From Methanosuratincolales archaeon (GTDB taxonomy: Archaea > Thermoproteota > Methanomethylicia > Methanomethylicales > Methanomethylicaceae), in contig JACIVQ010000003.1 of the NCBI GenBank assembly GCA_014361445.1, forward strand, positions 459 through 54,554: 54,096 bases of DNA. Direction: 5' to 3'. Positions 15,316 to 24,732 of this stretch are shown here, in pieces (position 1 is the first letter of the stretch; the number at the start of each line of letters is the position of its first letter). A model generated the notes under the pieces. The model did no database searches. It saw nothing but the letters and a program-made list of their open reading frames with translations, and was not told the origin of the DNA. The position numbers and the translations under genes were made by a program.

Positions 15316-16443
15316 ATGGAAAAGAGGGATGGCAGCTTGAGGAAAGTAGGATTTATTGTGAACCCAATAGCAGGCATGGGAGGGGCGGTGGGGCTTAAGG
15401 GTACCGATGGAGAGGAGATCTTGGAGAAGGCAATTAAACTGGGCGCAGAGAGGATTTCGCTGAGGCGAGCGGAAGAGTTTTTGAGGGCACTAGGGGCAGT
15501 TTCACAGGTGATAGAGTTCTGGACCTGTCCGGAGAGCATGGGAGAGGAGGCGTTTGTAAGGGCAGGGATCCGGTGCACAGTGATCCCAGGAAGAAGAGGT
15601 AAGACTGGGGCAGAGGACACGAAGCAGGCTGCGAGATATATGCTTGAGCAAAACCTAGACATAATAGTCTTCTGTGGAGGAGATGGGACCGCAAGAGACG
15701 TCCTAGATTCGGTTGATATGAAGATCCCTGTACTGGGGGTCCCTTCTGGTGTTAAGATGCAGAGTGGGGTGTTTGCGGTCACGCCTAGGGCAGCTGCCGA
15801 GCTGCTAATAAAATACCTCTGGGGCGAGGTGCCACTGAAAGAGGCAGAGGTAGCCGATGTGGATGAAGAGGCTTTTAGGGAAGGGAGACTTTCTGCGAGA
15901 CTTTACGGATATCTGCTAACTCCCTATGAGCCAGAGCATCTACAGGGAATGAAGGCCCCAACACCAATTAGAGACGATGTGGAGGAAAACATGAAGGCCC
16001 TTGCGAGATGGGTTGTAGACAACATGGAAGATGGGCTCATATACATACTTGGGCCGGGATCCACGGTCAAGACAATCATGGAGATCCTAGGACTCGAGGG
16101 AACGCTCCTAGGGGTTGACCTCGTTGCAGACAAGAAATTGATAGGGAGAGATGTTGGCGAGAGAGAGATACTTGAAGCGATAAAGGGAAGGGAGGCGCGT
16201 GTTATTGTCTCTCCAATAGGCAGACAGGGGTTCATATTTGGAAGGGGGAATCAGCAGATAAGTGGAAGGGTGCTTAGGGCGGTCGGAAAAGAAAATGTGC
16301 TAGTAATCTCCACAAGGGAGAAGCTTGAGGGGATAGAGGCTCTAAGGATCGATACTGGAGATCCTGAAGTCGACAGGCTATTTCAGGGCGGTTTGAAAGT
16401 CCTAGTGGACTATGGGGTCTTCAGGATGATGATGGTGAAGTAG
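15316..16443 (+). CDS. ATP-NAD kinase family protein (COG3199-like)
   Basis: VGFIVNPIAGMGGAVGLKGTDG N-terminus and IVFCGGDGTARD diacylglycerol/NAD-kinase-type motif. Confidence 0.6.
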   Translation: MEKRDGSLRKVGFIVNPIAGMGGAVGLKGTDGEEILEKAIKLGAERISLRRAEEFLRALGAVSQVIEFWTCPESMGEEAFVRAGIRCTVIPGRRGKTGAEDTKQAARYMLEQNLDIIVFCGGDGTARDVLDSVDMKIPVLGVPSGVKMQSGVFAVTPRAAAELLIKYLWGEVPLKEAEVADVDEEAFREGRLSARLYGYLLTPYEPEHLQGMKAPTPIRDDVEENMKALARWVVDNMEDGLIYILGPGSTVKTIMEILGLEGTLLGVDLVADKKLIGRDVGEREILEAIKGREARVIVSPIGRQGFIFGRGNQQISGRVLRAVGKENVLVISTREKLEGIEALRIDTGDPEVDRLFQGGLKVLVDYGVFRMMMVK

Positions 16444-16475
16444 CAAGGTCTGATACTGAAACTTGAGCGCAAGTC

Positions 16476-16880
16476 CTAAAGTTCTCGGATATAGTTTGCG
16501 TATTCTTCGGGAGTCATCAGAGATTCCGTTCCGCCTTCAATATTTACCTTGACCAACCAACCTTCGCCGTAGGGATCTTTGTTTATAAGCTCTGGTTTAT
16601 CTAGCAATGCAGAGTTGACCTCAACAACGGTGCAGTCAACAGGAGTGTATACCTCCGCAACAGCCTTTATGGACTCTAATGTGCATAGGATGTCTCCTTT
16701 TTTGAATTTTGAGCCGACCTTTGGGAGCTCGGCATATACCAGATCGTGAAGGTTCCGTTGCGCATAATCGCTGATCCCAATTCTAGCAGGGGATTCTTTT
16801 ACTGCGATCCATTCATGGGTCTTGGAGTACATAAAATCGGTGCTTATGACGTTCTCGCCGACCTTAATATAGGAAGACAT
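16476..16880 (-). CDS. gcvH: Glycine cleavage system H protein (lipoyl carrier)
   Basis: YSKTHEWIAV..., lipoyl-lysine motif LESIKAVAEVYTP, and DPYGEGWL. The ORF is open to 16922, but the ATG at 16880 gives the typical ~134 aa. Confidence 0.85.
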   Translation of the reverse strand: MSSYIKVGENVISTDFMYSKTHEWIAVKESPARIGISDYAQRNLHDLVYAELPKVGSKFKKGDILCTLESIKAVAEVYTPVDCTVVEVNSALLDKPELINKDPYGEGWLVKVNIEGGTESLMTPEEYANYIREL

Positions 16881-17092
16881 AACAAATACCGCCCTAATCC
16901 CTGTACAAAATTGTACAGGCAATTTCTTCTGACCTTATCGGTCATTGCAACGTCAACATGCTCACAAATTCATGAATTTGATTCATATTTAAGCTTTTGC
17001 TCATCCATCTCAGTATTTCATTTTTGGATTTTGTGAACGCCCATTTTGATAAAAAGTTTGGGACTTTTGTTAAATCATTCGCTACCTCATGG

Positions 17093-17293
17093 TCACTTCT
17101 GAAAGATTTTGAATATCCCACGCTGTAACCTCTCGTTTACGGATATGTTGAGTTTTGTTGGGTCAAAAGAAAGGAATGCAGAACATTTTGGACACTTGGA
17201 GTCGTATTTGTCTAAAATTTCGCGTGGAGAGATCAACTCGCTGTCCTCATAGAGAACAGCTTTGCATTGATGACATATAATTCTAATAGCCAA
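17093..17293 (-). CDS. Small zinc-ribbon protein, 66 aa
   Basis: CHQC...CPKC four-Cys pattern. No family recognised. Confidence 0.4.
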   Translation of the reverse strand: MAIRIICHQCKAVLYEDSELISPREILDKYDSKCPKCSAFLSFDPTKLNISVNERLQRGIFKIFQK

Positions 17294-17656
17294 CAGCTCA
17301 CCCCATTTGAGAATATGATTTTAGGCCAAGACTTAGATCCTAATAGTAACTCATTCAAGATCGATAGATTTAGGTTTTTTGGCGGCATTATCAGTGAAGC
17401 GCCATCCGAGGTAGAGACCGGGGAGCCTCTACCCGCTCGCAGATGTTTGCTATATCCTTAAGGATTGCAGTGTTTATGGTAGAGGGCAGCGCGTCATGGG
17501 TTTCTCTTCATCTTCTCGTCTAAGCATGATCTAGCCATATATGTTGTGCTTGAACAAGTCAGAACCACAAGAGCCCATTGTAGAGGGCATTAAGCCTTCC
17601 AGTCCATCCTAAGGCTGAAAACGGGGTTTTCGGGGGCTCCATTTTAATAATAATTA

Positions 17657-18280
17657 CTACTCTGATTCTGTTCGATCAGTATGGTTAAATTGAAGACTTG
17701 TTATTTTGGATAACAAATCTTTTGGCAATGAGACTTGCCCCACTATGCTCAGTCCTTTCTTCATGAGGGATTCTCGCCAGATATCATGGGCATAGACGAG
17801 GAAAGACTCCGCTTCTCTCAGGCGATCCTTTCCCCACTGGCTGATCGATAAAATCAGTAACTCTATTATTGAGGAGGATTGTTTTGTATCGGAAACTAGG
17901 CAGAGCACAGTCCCCCTGGATAGGATGTTCTCCCGAGAGACTGTTGCATCAAATTTAAGGCGTATCCTCCGTCCGAACCCTCCTACTAGAAACATAAGAG
18001 TCCCTATCAGGATCGCTGTTGAATATGGGAGAGGAGAAACGGGGATGTTAAGGAAGCATTCCAAGGAATAGAGGATGCCCGATGTCCCTGCTATAAGCAG
18101 ACCTGCGAGACCAACATAGGCTCTAGAGAGCTCCGGGTCAGTCCAAATGCGCTCGATAAAAGTTACATCGTAAAAGAGGGAAATGGTCAGTAGGAGAATT
18201 TTTGCTTTGAGTGTCTGTAAGTATGGCACATGAATTAATATTTTAGGACATTTAATAAATTTTGAGTCCTGAAATGTCAT
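17657..18280 (-). CDS. Membrane protein, unknown function, 207 aa (start uncertain)
   Basis: Several hydrophobic helices in the N-terminal half. The annotated ATG overlaps the divergent topA ATG by 7 nt, so a downstream start (for example GTG near 18229) is plausible. Confidence 0.45.
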   Translation of the reverse strand: MTFQDSKFIKCPKILIHVPYLQTLKAKILLLTISLFYDVTFIERIWTDPELSRAYVGLAGLLIAGTSGILYSLECFLNIPVSPLPYSTAILIGTLMFLVGGFGRRIRLKFDATVSRENILSRGTVLCLVSDTKQSSSIIELLILSISQWGKDRLREAESFLVYAHDIWRESLMKKGLSIVGQVSLPKDLLSKITSLQFNHTDRTESE

Positions 18281-20307
18281 ATCAACTAATCATATGTGAG
18301 AAACCGAGCGCTGCGATGAGAATAGCATATGCTCTCGGAGGCACACATGTGAGGAGGGAGCGGTACAAGGGGCTCCCTGTATTCTGGTTAGAGATTGAAG
18401 GGAAGAGAGTTGCAGTAGTTCCAGCGCTAGGGCACCTTTATGGAGTTGAGCAGAATTCCACTGGCTGGAGCTTCCCGATATTTGATTTAAGGTGGGCGCC
18501 CCTCAAGGATCGCAGGAAGAGGATGTGGATAGAGGCAATCGCAGAAATAGCGAAAGGGGCAGATTCGTACGTCTGTGCCTGCGACTTTGATGTCGAGGGC
18601 AGCCTCATTGGTTATACAATTTTGAGGTATGCTTGTGGAGGGGTGGACATAAAAGCGAAGAGGATGAGGTTTTCAACCCTCACCAAGGAAGAGCTGAGGT
18701 CTGCTTACAAGAATGCCCTAGGGCGCCTAGATTATGAAAGGGTTTATGCTGGAAAAGTCCGGCACGAGGTTGATTGGATCTTTGGTGTCAATACATCTAG
18801 GGCGTTGATGGATGCGATGGGGAGGGCTGGCGGTGGTTTTGAGGTACTCAGCGCAGGGAGGGTGCAGAGCCCCACTTTATATGCCCTTTGCAGAAGGGAG
18901 GTTGAGATTAATTTACATGTGCCAGATCCATTCTGGTCCCTCAACAGTGAAGTTGTGATAAAAGGTGCCAAGTATCCGGCAGAGTACAAAGTGAAGGAGT
19001 TCTTTTCTAGAAAGGAAGCAGAGGATGTCGCAGAGCGGTGTCAAGGAAAGAGAGGCTATGTGAAGGATGTATTGGTAAAGAGGAAGAGAATCCCCCCGCC
19101 CCCGCCCTTCAATTTGGGTGATCTGCAAAGGGAAGCTTACAGAGTGTTTGGGTATTCTCCCTCAAAAACTCAGAGGATAGCAGAGAGGCTTTACCTGAGC
19201 GCGGCAGTATCTTACCCAAGGACATCGAGTCAGAAGCTACCCCATTCTTTGGGGCTGGGCAGAATAATTGAGAAGTTGGGGAGAACAGAAAGATACAGAG
19301 AAGCGGCTAGAAGGATCTTGGAAAAAGGTATTGTAAAACCGAGAGAGGGAAGGTCGACTGACCCAGCACACCCAGCCATACATCCCACAGGGACCTTGCC
19401 TAAAAGGATGAGCGGGGAGGAAGGAAGGATTTTCGATCTGATAGTTAGAAGGTTCTTCGCAACTTTTGGAGAGGATGCGATTTTAGAGGAGAGGGAGGCT
19501 GTGGTGGAGGTTAATGAGAGAGACTCATTTAAGGTAAGGGCGAGGGATCTTGTAGAATCGGGGTGGACGGAGTACTACAGACCTTATGTGGCTTGGAGGA
19601 AAACCGAAGGTCAGAGGTTCGAGGTAAACGATGAGGCTATTTTTGTGAGGGTTGATGTTGAAGACAAGTTTACGGCGCCCCCTGAGAGGTATACCGCAAG
19701 CAAGCTCATAGCATATATGGAGAGGCAGGGGCTGGGGACAAAATCTACGAGGGCAGAGATCATAGACAACCTTTACAGGAGAGGCTATATCGAAGGGAGG
19801 GAGATCAAAGTGACCGACTTGGGCTTCGCAGTTGTAGGCATCTTAAAGAGGTTTTTCCCGGAGCTTGTTTCTGTGAAGATGACCAGTGCCCTAGAGGGTG
19901 ATATGGTGGAGATAGAGAGTGGAAGAAGAGACCAAGTGGAGGTGGTTTTGAAGGTCGTGGACACCATGAAGCCCGTCTTTGAGAGGATAATAGAGAAGTA
20001 TGAGGAGATTGGAGAAGAACTCTTTGGAGTAATGAACCAGTTGAGGAGGAACGAGTTGGGACCTTGTCCCAAGTGCAGAAGTGGTCATATGCGGATCGTC
20101 CGCTCGAAGAAAAGCGGTAAGAGATTCATAGGGTGTGACAATTACCCGAACTTCTGTAATTTTTCTTTTCCAATACCGCAAAGAGGCAAGATCTCTAGGA
20201 GTAATGCTGATTGCAACTTTTGTGGGTTTCCAATTATAGAGGTCAAGGATGGTTGGAAAATTTGGAGGTTTTGTGTAAATGCAGGATGCCCATCAAACAA
20301 AAGATAG
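18274..20307 (+). CDS. topA: DNA topoisomerase, type IA
   Basis: TOPRIM LIICEKPSAA and CDFDVEGS. Active-site tyrosine segment VSYPRTSSQKL. C-terminal zinc ribbons (CPKCRSG..., CNFCGF). ATG 18274 gives MSYQLIICEKPS. Confidence 0.9.
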   Translation: MSYQLIICEKPSAAMRIAYALGGTHVRRERYKGLPVFWLEIEGKRVAVVPALGHLYGVEQNSTGWSFPIFDLRWAPLKDRRKRMWIEAIAEIAKGADSYVCACDFDVEGSLIGYTILRYACGGVDIKAKRMRFSTLTKEELRSAYKNALGRLDYERVYAGKVRHEVDWIFGVNTSRALMDAMGRAGGGFEVLSAGRVQSPTLYALCRREVEINLHVPDPFWSLNSEVVIKGAKYPAEYKVKEFFSRKEAEDVAERCQGKRGYVKDVLVKRKRIPPPPPFNLGDLQREAYRVFGYSPSKTQRIAERLYLSAAVSYPRTSSQKLPHSLGLGRIIEKLGRTERYREAARRILEKGIVKPREGRSTDPAHPAIHPTGTLPKRMSGEEGRIFDLIVRRFFATFGEDAILEEREAVVEVNERDSFKVRARDLVESGWTEYYRPYVAWRKTEGQRFEVNDEAIFVRVDVEDKFTAPPERYTASKLIAYMERQGLGTKSTRAEIIDNLYRRGYIEGREIKVTDLGFAVVGILKRFFPELVSVKMTSALEGDMVEIESGRRDQVEVVLKVVDTMKPVFERIIEKYEEIGEELFGVMNQLRRNELGPCPKCRSGHMRIVRSKKSGKRFIGCDNYPNFCNFSFPIPQRGKISRSNADCNFCGFPIIEVKDGWKIWRFCVNAGCPSNKR

Positions 20308-20512
20308 ATGTAGGATCTGTAGTGTGCCTTCAGAAAGAGAGTTGTGTGATTTTCATGCGGAGGCTGTCAGAAGGATCAAGGAGCACTTTGAGGTCTGGAA
20401 GCAAAGAAAGGGCATATGTTGGAAGGATTATTTGAGAGAGATCACGAGGAACGAAAGGACAGGGGTTTGGGTAAAGGAGGCGGCCGAGTACCTCATCAGA
20501 GAGAGTCGATGA
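20279..20512 (+). CDS. Small Cys/His-containing hypothetical protein, 77 aa
   Basis: CRICSVPSERELCDFH motif. Overlaps the topA 3' end by 29 nt and the convergent argH 3' end by 17 nt. Coding status is unproven. Confidence 0.3.
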   Translation: MQDAHQTKDRCRICSVPSERELCDFHAEAVRRIKEHFEVWKQRKGICWKDYLREITRNERTGVWVKEAAEYLIRESR

Positions 20513-21950
20513 GAGACCTCAGGAGGGCGCTCTTCTCCAAGAGCCTGGCTGAAAGCGCATCTACGTAACTTTTAGTCCTCTTAAGCAGCTCTCTCCTCGC
20601 AGAGATCATGCGTTCTATCTCTTTTGAGGCGGGACCACCGATGGTGGACCTTATGTTGATATTGAATGTGGGATCTGTAGCGCTCTGAACGAGTTGGATC
20701 TCAAGTTTTTTGCCCGTTTTTTTAGATATGAGCTCAGCAACCTTCTCAGGTGGCGCTTCTGAAAGCGAAGAGGGGTAGAGCTCTTTGATTATCTCGCCCA
20801 CAACGCGGTGTGCTGTTCTGAAGGGTAAGCCCAGATGCCTGACGAGCATATCGGCGAGCTCGGTTGCAACCGATGATCCCTTTACCGCTGAAGACCTCAT
20901 ACGCTCCTCGTTAAATTGCATCTTTGTAATCAGGTCGGTGAGGATCTTCAAAGATTTCTTGGAGACTTCGCAGGCGTTCCAGAGGTGTGGAGTCAACTCC
21001 TGCATGTCCAAGTTGTAGGCGAGGGGGAGCGACTTCATAATAGTTACCATAGAGACCAGATCGCCTAGAGCGTCCCCGCATTTTGCCCTTAGGACCTCGG
21101 CGGTAACCGGGTTTTTCTTCTGCGGCATAATGCTGCTGGTAGAGGAGTGCTCGTCTGGCAGGTTGACGTAGCCAAACTCATTTGATGCCCATATTATAAT
21201 CTCCTCTGCAATTCTGCTAACATCCACCATCATTATTGTCAAAGCGGAGACGGTCTCTAGGGAGAAGTCCCTTGTTGAAACAGCATCGAGGGTATTCTCT
21301 ATTAATCCCTCAAACCCTAGATATTCGGCAAGTTTCAGACGATCTATAGGATAGCCGGTTCCAGCAAGGGCTGCAGCACCCATGGGAGATAGATTCACAC
21401 GCTTGTAACAGGATAATAGACGTTCCAAGTGTCTGTCAAACATGTCAAAATATGCAAGCAAGTAGTGTGACAGAGAGGTCGGTTGTGCATGCTGGAGGTG
21501 GGTGTAGCCAGGCATTACGGCGTTCGTATAGTCCTCGCTTTTTCTAAGTAGGGCCTGCTGAAGTTCTATCAGGCTCGTGCAAATATCTATTATAAATTTC
21601 CTGAGACGCATCCGGAGGGCGGTGGCTACCTGGTCATTCCTGCTCTTCCCGGTGTGTATCTTCCCGCCTAGTTCCTCTCCTAACTTTCTTATGAGCTCGC
21701 TCTCGATCACCATGTGGATGTCTTCCATGTCTGGAGGGATCTCCGAGATCTTGATCTCTTTTAGTACTTTCGCTAGGAGCCTCCCGTCCTCCCGACTGAT
21801 TATTCCAGCTTGGACTAGGCAGAGGGTGTGTGCTAAATTTATCTCCACGACTTCATCTGCTATGTAAATATCGTGTTTAGAAGAGGAGGTGAAGTCTGCA
21901 ACCTCTGGTGTTAAGTCGCCTGAAAGGCGTCCGCCTCTTGTTATCTTCAA
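20496..21950 (-). CDS. argH: Argininosuccinate lyase
   Basis: HTGKSRNDQV and the fumarate-lyase signature SSIMPQKKNP. Confidence 0.92.
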   Translation of the reverse strand: MKITRGGRLSGDLTPEVADFTSSSKHDIYIADEVVEINLAHTLCLVQAGIISREDGRLLAKVLKEIKISEIPPDMEDIHMVIESELIRKLGEELGGKIHTGKSRNDQVATALRMRLRKFIIDICTSLIELQQALLRKSEDYTNAVMPGYTHLQHAQPTSLSHYLLAYFDMFDRHLERLLSCYKRVNLSPMGAAALAGTGYPIDRLKLAEYLGFEGLIENTLDAVSTRDFSLETVSALTIMMVDVSRIAEEIIIWASNEFGYVNLPDEHSSTSSIMPQKKNPVTAEVLRAKCGDALGDLVSMVTIMKSLPLAYNLDMQELTPHLWNACEVSKKSLKILTDLITKMQFNEERMRSSAVKGSSVATELADMLVRHLGLPFRTAHRVVGEIIKELYPSSLSEAPPEKVAELISKKTGKKLEIQLVQSATDPTFNINIRSTIGGPASKEIERMISARRELLKRTKSYVDALSARLLEKSALLRSLIDSL

Positions 21951-23152
21951 GGACTCTCACTTTTTCTGGACATCACTTTTCTGGACACGACGGTCTGAAG
22001 CCCCCAGAGCGGCACGAAGCCCCTTGAGAGGGACTGATCGAAGGTCGAAGATGAGTCATAAGTTGCAGTCTTGAAGTCATAAACTGAGTAGGGGGACTCC
22101 CTTCCAATCACCATTGCAGAGCCTTTATAGAGGCGCAGTCTAACCCGACCCTCGACGCGCTCGTTCGTCTTGTTGATAAACGCCTCCAGATCTTCCCTCA
22201 GGGGATCCTCCCAAAGACCTGCGTATACCAAGAAGGTCCACTTTTCGTCCACGAGTCTCTTGAAGGAGAGTTCTCTTCTGTTCAGAACCAGTTTCTCCAA
22301 GTCCTTGTGGGCCTCTATTATGGTCACAGCCGCAGGACATTCATAGGTCTCTCTCGATTTAATGCCCACAATCCTGTCCTCCATGTGGTCTATCCTTCCG
22401 ACCCCATTCAAACCGGCAACCTTATTAACATGTTGTATCAAGGATACAGGATCCATTGACTTCCCGTCTATTTTGACAGGGACTCCGCCCTCAAAGCTTA
22501 TTTCAATGAAAGTCGGCTCGTTTGGGGATCTCTCTGGTGCAGTAGTCCACTCCCATACATCATCTTCCGGAGGGTTCCAAGGATTCTCTAATGGTCCACT
22601 CTCTATTGATCTTCCCCACAGGTTCTGGTCTATACTGTACTTCTTCGCAGCTTTAGAGACAGGGATCCCGTGCTTGTTGGCATATTCAATCTCCTGATCC
22701 CTACTCATGCCCCAGTCCCTAGTAGGAGCCAGGACGGTCAGGGTCGGATCCAGGGCCTTTGCAGAGATCTCGATCCTGAGCTGATCGTTACCCTTACCTG
22801 TGCAACCATGCGCGACGGCGTCCGCGCCCTCGCGGTGTGCAATCTCAACCAGTTTTTTTGCGATCAGCGGTCTGCCCAAGGCTGTTGAGACAGGGTATTT
22901 CTCTTCGTACATAGCATTGGCTTTTATGGCTGGAAAGATATAGTCCCTTGCAAATTCCTCTTTCGCATCAATTGTGTAGTGTTTGACCGCACCTACTCTG
23001 TAGGCTTTTTCTTCTATGCTCTTAAAATCCTCTTGTTGACCCAGATCAACGGTTAGTGTGACAATTTCAGCATTGTACTTTTCGTGCAGCCATTTTATGG
23101 CGACAGAGGTGTCAAGACCCCCGGAATAGGCAAGAACAATTTTACTTACCAA
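21947..23152 (-). CDS. argG: Argininosuccinate synthase
   Basis: VLAYSGGLDTSV ATP-pyrophosphatase motif. 4-nt overlap with argH. Confidence 0.92.
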   Translation of the reverse strand: MVSKIVLAYSGGLDTSVAIKWLHEKYNAEIVTLTVDLGQQEDFKSIEEKAYRVGAVKHYTIDAKEEFARDYIFPAIKANAMYEEKYPVSTALGRPLIAKKLVEIAHREGADAVAHGCTGKGNDQLRIEISAKALDPTLTVLAPTRDWGMSRDQEIEYANKHGIPVSKAAKKYSIDQNLWGRSIESGPLENPWNPPEDDVWEWTTAPERSPNEPTFIEISFEGGVPVKIDGKSMDPVSLIQHVNKVAGLNGVGRIDHMEDRIVGIKSRETYECPAAVTIIEAHKDLEKLVLNRRELSFKRLVDEKWTFLVYAGLWEDPLREDLEAFINKTNERVEGRVRLRLYKGSAMVIGRESPYSVYDFKTATYDSSSTFDQSLSRGFVPLWGLQTVVSRKVMSRKSESP

Positions 23153-23208
23153 AACCTTGCCCCTCTAAAATTTTTTATTTTTTCAGGTGAAAGGAATAAT
23201 AGGCTCAT

Positions 23209-24684
23209 CTAATAAACTTTTTCTTTAAGGCTTTCTAAATTTTTATATTTGTAAGTTAATGGATATTTATTTAATAGTCCATTATAGGATTCTTGATTGA
23301 GTACGCAGCCAGGGTCGGGGGAGGAGTAGTCACCAAAGTATCCATACGCCCTAGCTCTACACCCCCCACAAACATACCTGTATTCGCAAACTCCGCAGTG
23401 CTCTTTGAGTGTGTCACGCCTCCTTAGATCTGTAAACTCTCTAAGATCGGTCCAAAGCGCCTCCAGGTCGTCCTTGAATATGTTCCCAACCACCATCGGG
23501 AAGAATACGCAAGGGGTTATGTCTCCATTGGGATTCATGGCGATGTAAAAGCGCCCAGCGCCGCACCCACCAATGAAGTCTGAGAGGTATCTGAGCTTAT
23601 CCGGGAGGTCGCTATTCAGGAAGTGGCTGGGTATCTTTGTACAGCCAGCCCCCTCTATCTGGAGTGCGACCCTAGCAAACTGGGGCGCGGTGGATAGAAG
23701 GCTCACCTTGCTCTTCTTTAGACGTTCCCAGAGGAGTTGAAGTAGTTCCTCTCTCTCTTGAGGCGAGAGATCATTCTCTATTATGAAACGCCCCCTCCCA
23801 GTAGGTATGAAGTTGTACATCATAAACCATTTTACGCCCAGCGACTCGCATAGGTCTATTATTTTGGGGACTTCTCGGAGGTTGTGGTGTGTCACAGTTG
23901 TTGCTACATTTACGAAGAAGCCTTCAGCTACTGCGTTCCTTATACCCTGAACGGTCCTATCAAACATGCCAGGGACGCCACGGAACGTATCGTGGGTCTC
24001 AGGGGTTGCACCATCGAGGCTTATCTGGAGGTACTCCACACCGGCCGACCTGAGATCTCTGCACCGCTCCTTGCTGAGCAAGACCCCATTTGTGGCTATG
24101 GCAGTGTACATGCCATATCCATTAGAGTGTTTCACAAGATCAAGGATATCCCGGCGCACAAGAGGCTCACCGCCTGAGAAAGCAAGTATTACGACGCCCC
24201 ACTCTGCCAACTTGTCTATGCAGCGCTTTGCCTCCTCGGTCCCCATCTCATTGTAGTTAGAGGTGCCAGCCTCCGCATAGCAATGTTTGCACCTTAGGTT
24301 GCATTTGTATGTGATATTCCAGACAACCTGAAATGGAGCTCCAGGGACGAAGGGTTTTGTGACGCCGAAGAGGGCTAAACCCTTTATAACGCTCATTAGC
24401 CCCCTCCGCCAGTAGGGGTCTTTAAACTTCGCCTTCATCGCCTCTTCTGTAGCTCCGAAGGCATTACCGCCGACCTTTAAAAGAGCTGAGATCGACTTCT
24501 CTGCCAACTTGCACTTTAGGCAGGCATCATCCCTCATACCCAAGTAGAGCTCTAGTGCAGCTTCAAGCCTTGATTTTTTATCTCTATTGCAATATGAAGA
24601 AAGACCCTTGAGTAGTGCACGTGTTCCAGGAGCCTCAACAAAGTGCCTTAGGAGCTGGATCGTCGAAACAGTCTCCAAGGCCAA
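23209..24684 (-). CDS. Radical SAM / SPASM-domain protein with a ~115-aa N-terminal extension
   Basis: CNLRCKHCY (CxxxCxxC) and a C-terminal Cys cluster CGVCEYRYVCGGCRARAY. The N-terminal extension contains CLKC. Confidence 0.75.
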   Translation of the reverse strand: MALETVSTIQLLRHFVEAPGTRALLKGLSSYCNRDKKSRLEAALELYLGMRDDACLKCKLAEKSISALLKVGGNAFGATEEAMKAKFKDPYWRRGLMSVIKGLALFGVTKPFVPGAPFQVVWNITYKCNLRCKHCYAEAGTSNYNEMGTEEAKRCIDKLAEWGVVILAFSGGEPLVRRDILDLVKHSNGYGMYTAIATNGVLLSKERCRDLRSAGVEYLQISLDGATPETHDTFRGVPGMFDRTVQGIRNAVAEGFFVNVATTVTHHNLREVPKIIDLCESLGVKWFMMYNFIPTGRGRFIIENDLSPQEREELLQLLWERLKKSKVSLLSTAPQFARVALQIEGAGCTKIPSHFLNSDLPDKLRYLSDFIGGCGAGRFYIAMNPNGDITPCVFFPMVVGNIFKDDLEALWTDLREFTDLRRRDTLKEHCGVCEYRYVCGGCRARAYGYFGDYSSPDPGCVLNQESYNGLLNKYPLTYKYKNLESLKEKVY

Positions 24685-24732
24685 GACCCCCTAAAAATTT
24701 TTTGAGCAAGTATATAAAACAATTACCGAGAT

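Noticed and set aside
14964-15782. 272-aa minus-strand ORF spanning the ileS 3' end and the NAD-kinase-like gene
   Set aside because: It is antisense to two well-supported genes. It has a Ser/Pro/Leu-rich composition typical of shadow ORFs in GC-richer coding DNA.
17294-17656. Specific identity of the spacer as RNase P RNA, SRP RNA, a tRNA or a C/D-box sRNA
   Set aside because: I looked on both strands for GGAAAGTCC and ACAGAA...GGCTTA in the correct order, for an SRP helix-8 GNAR/AGCA pattern and TGTAAC, for a T-loop GTTCRANYC, and for TGATGA...CTGA pairs. None is present in a consistent arrangement. It is kept only as an unnamed ncRNA candidate.
18274-18280. Divergent topA and membrane-protein genes sharing overlapping start codons (gaaATGtCAT)
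   Set aside because: Overlapping divergent starts leave no promoter space. This is most likely an over-extended ORF-track start for the minus-strand membrane protein.
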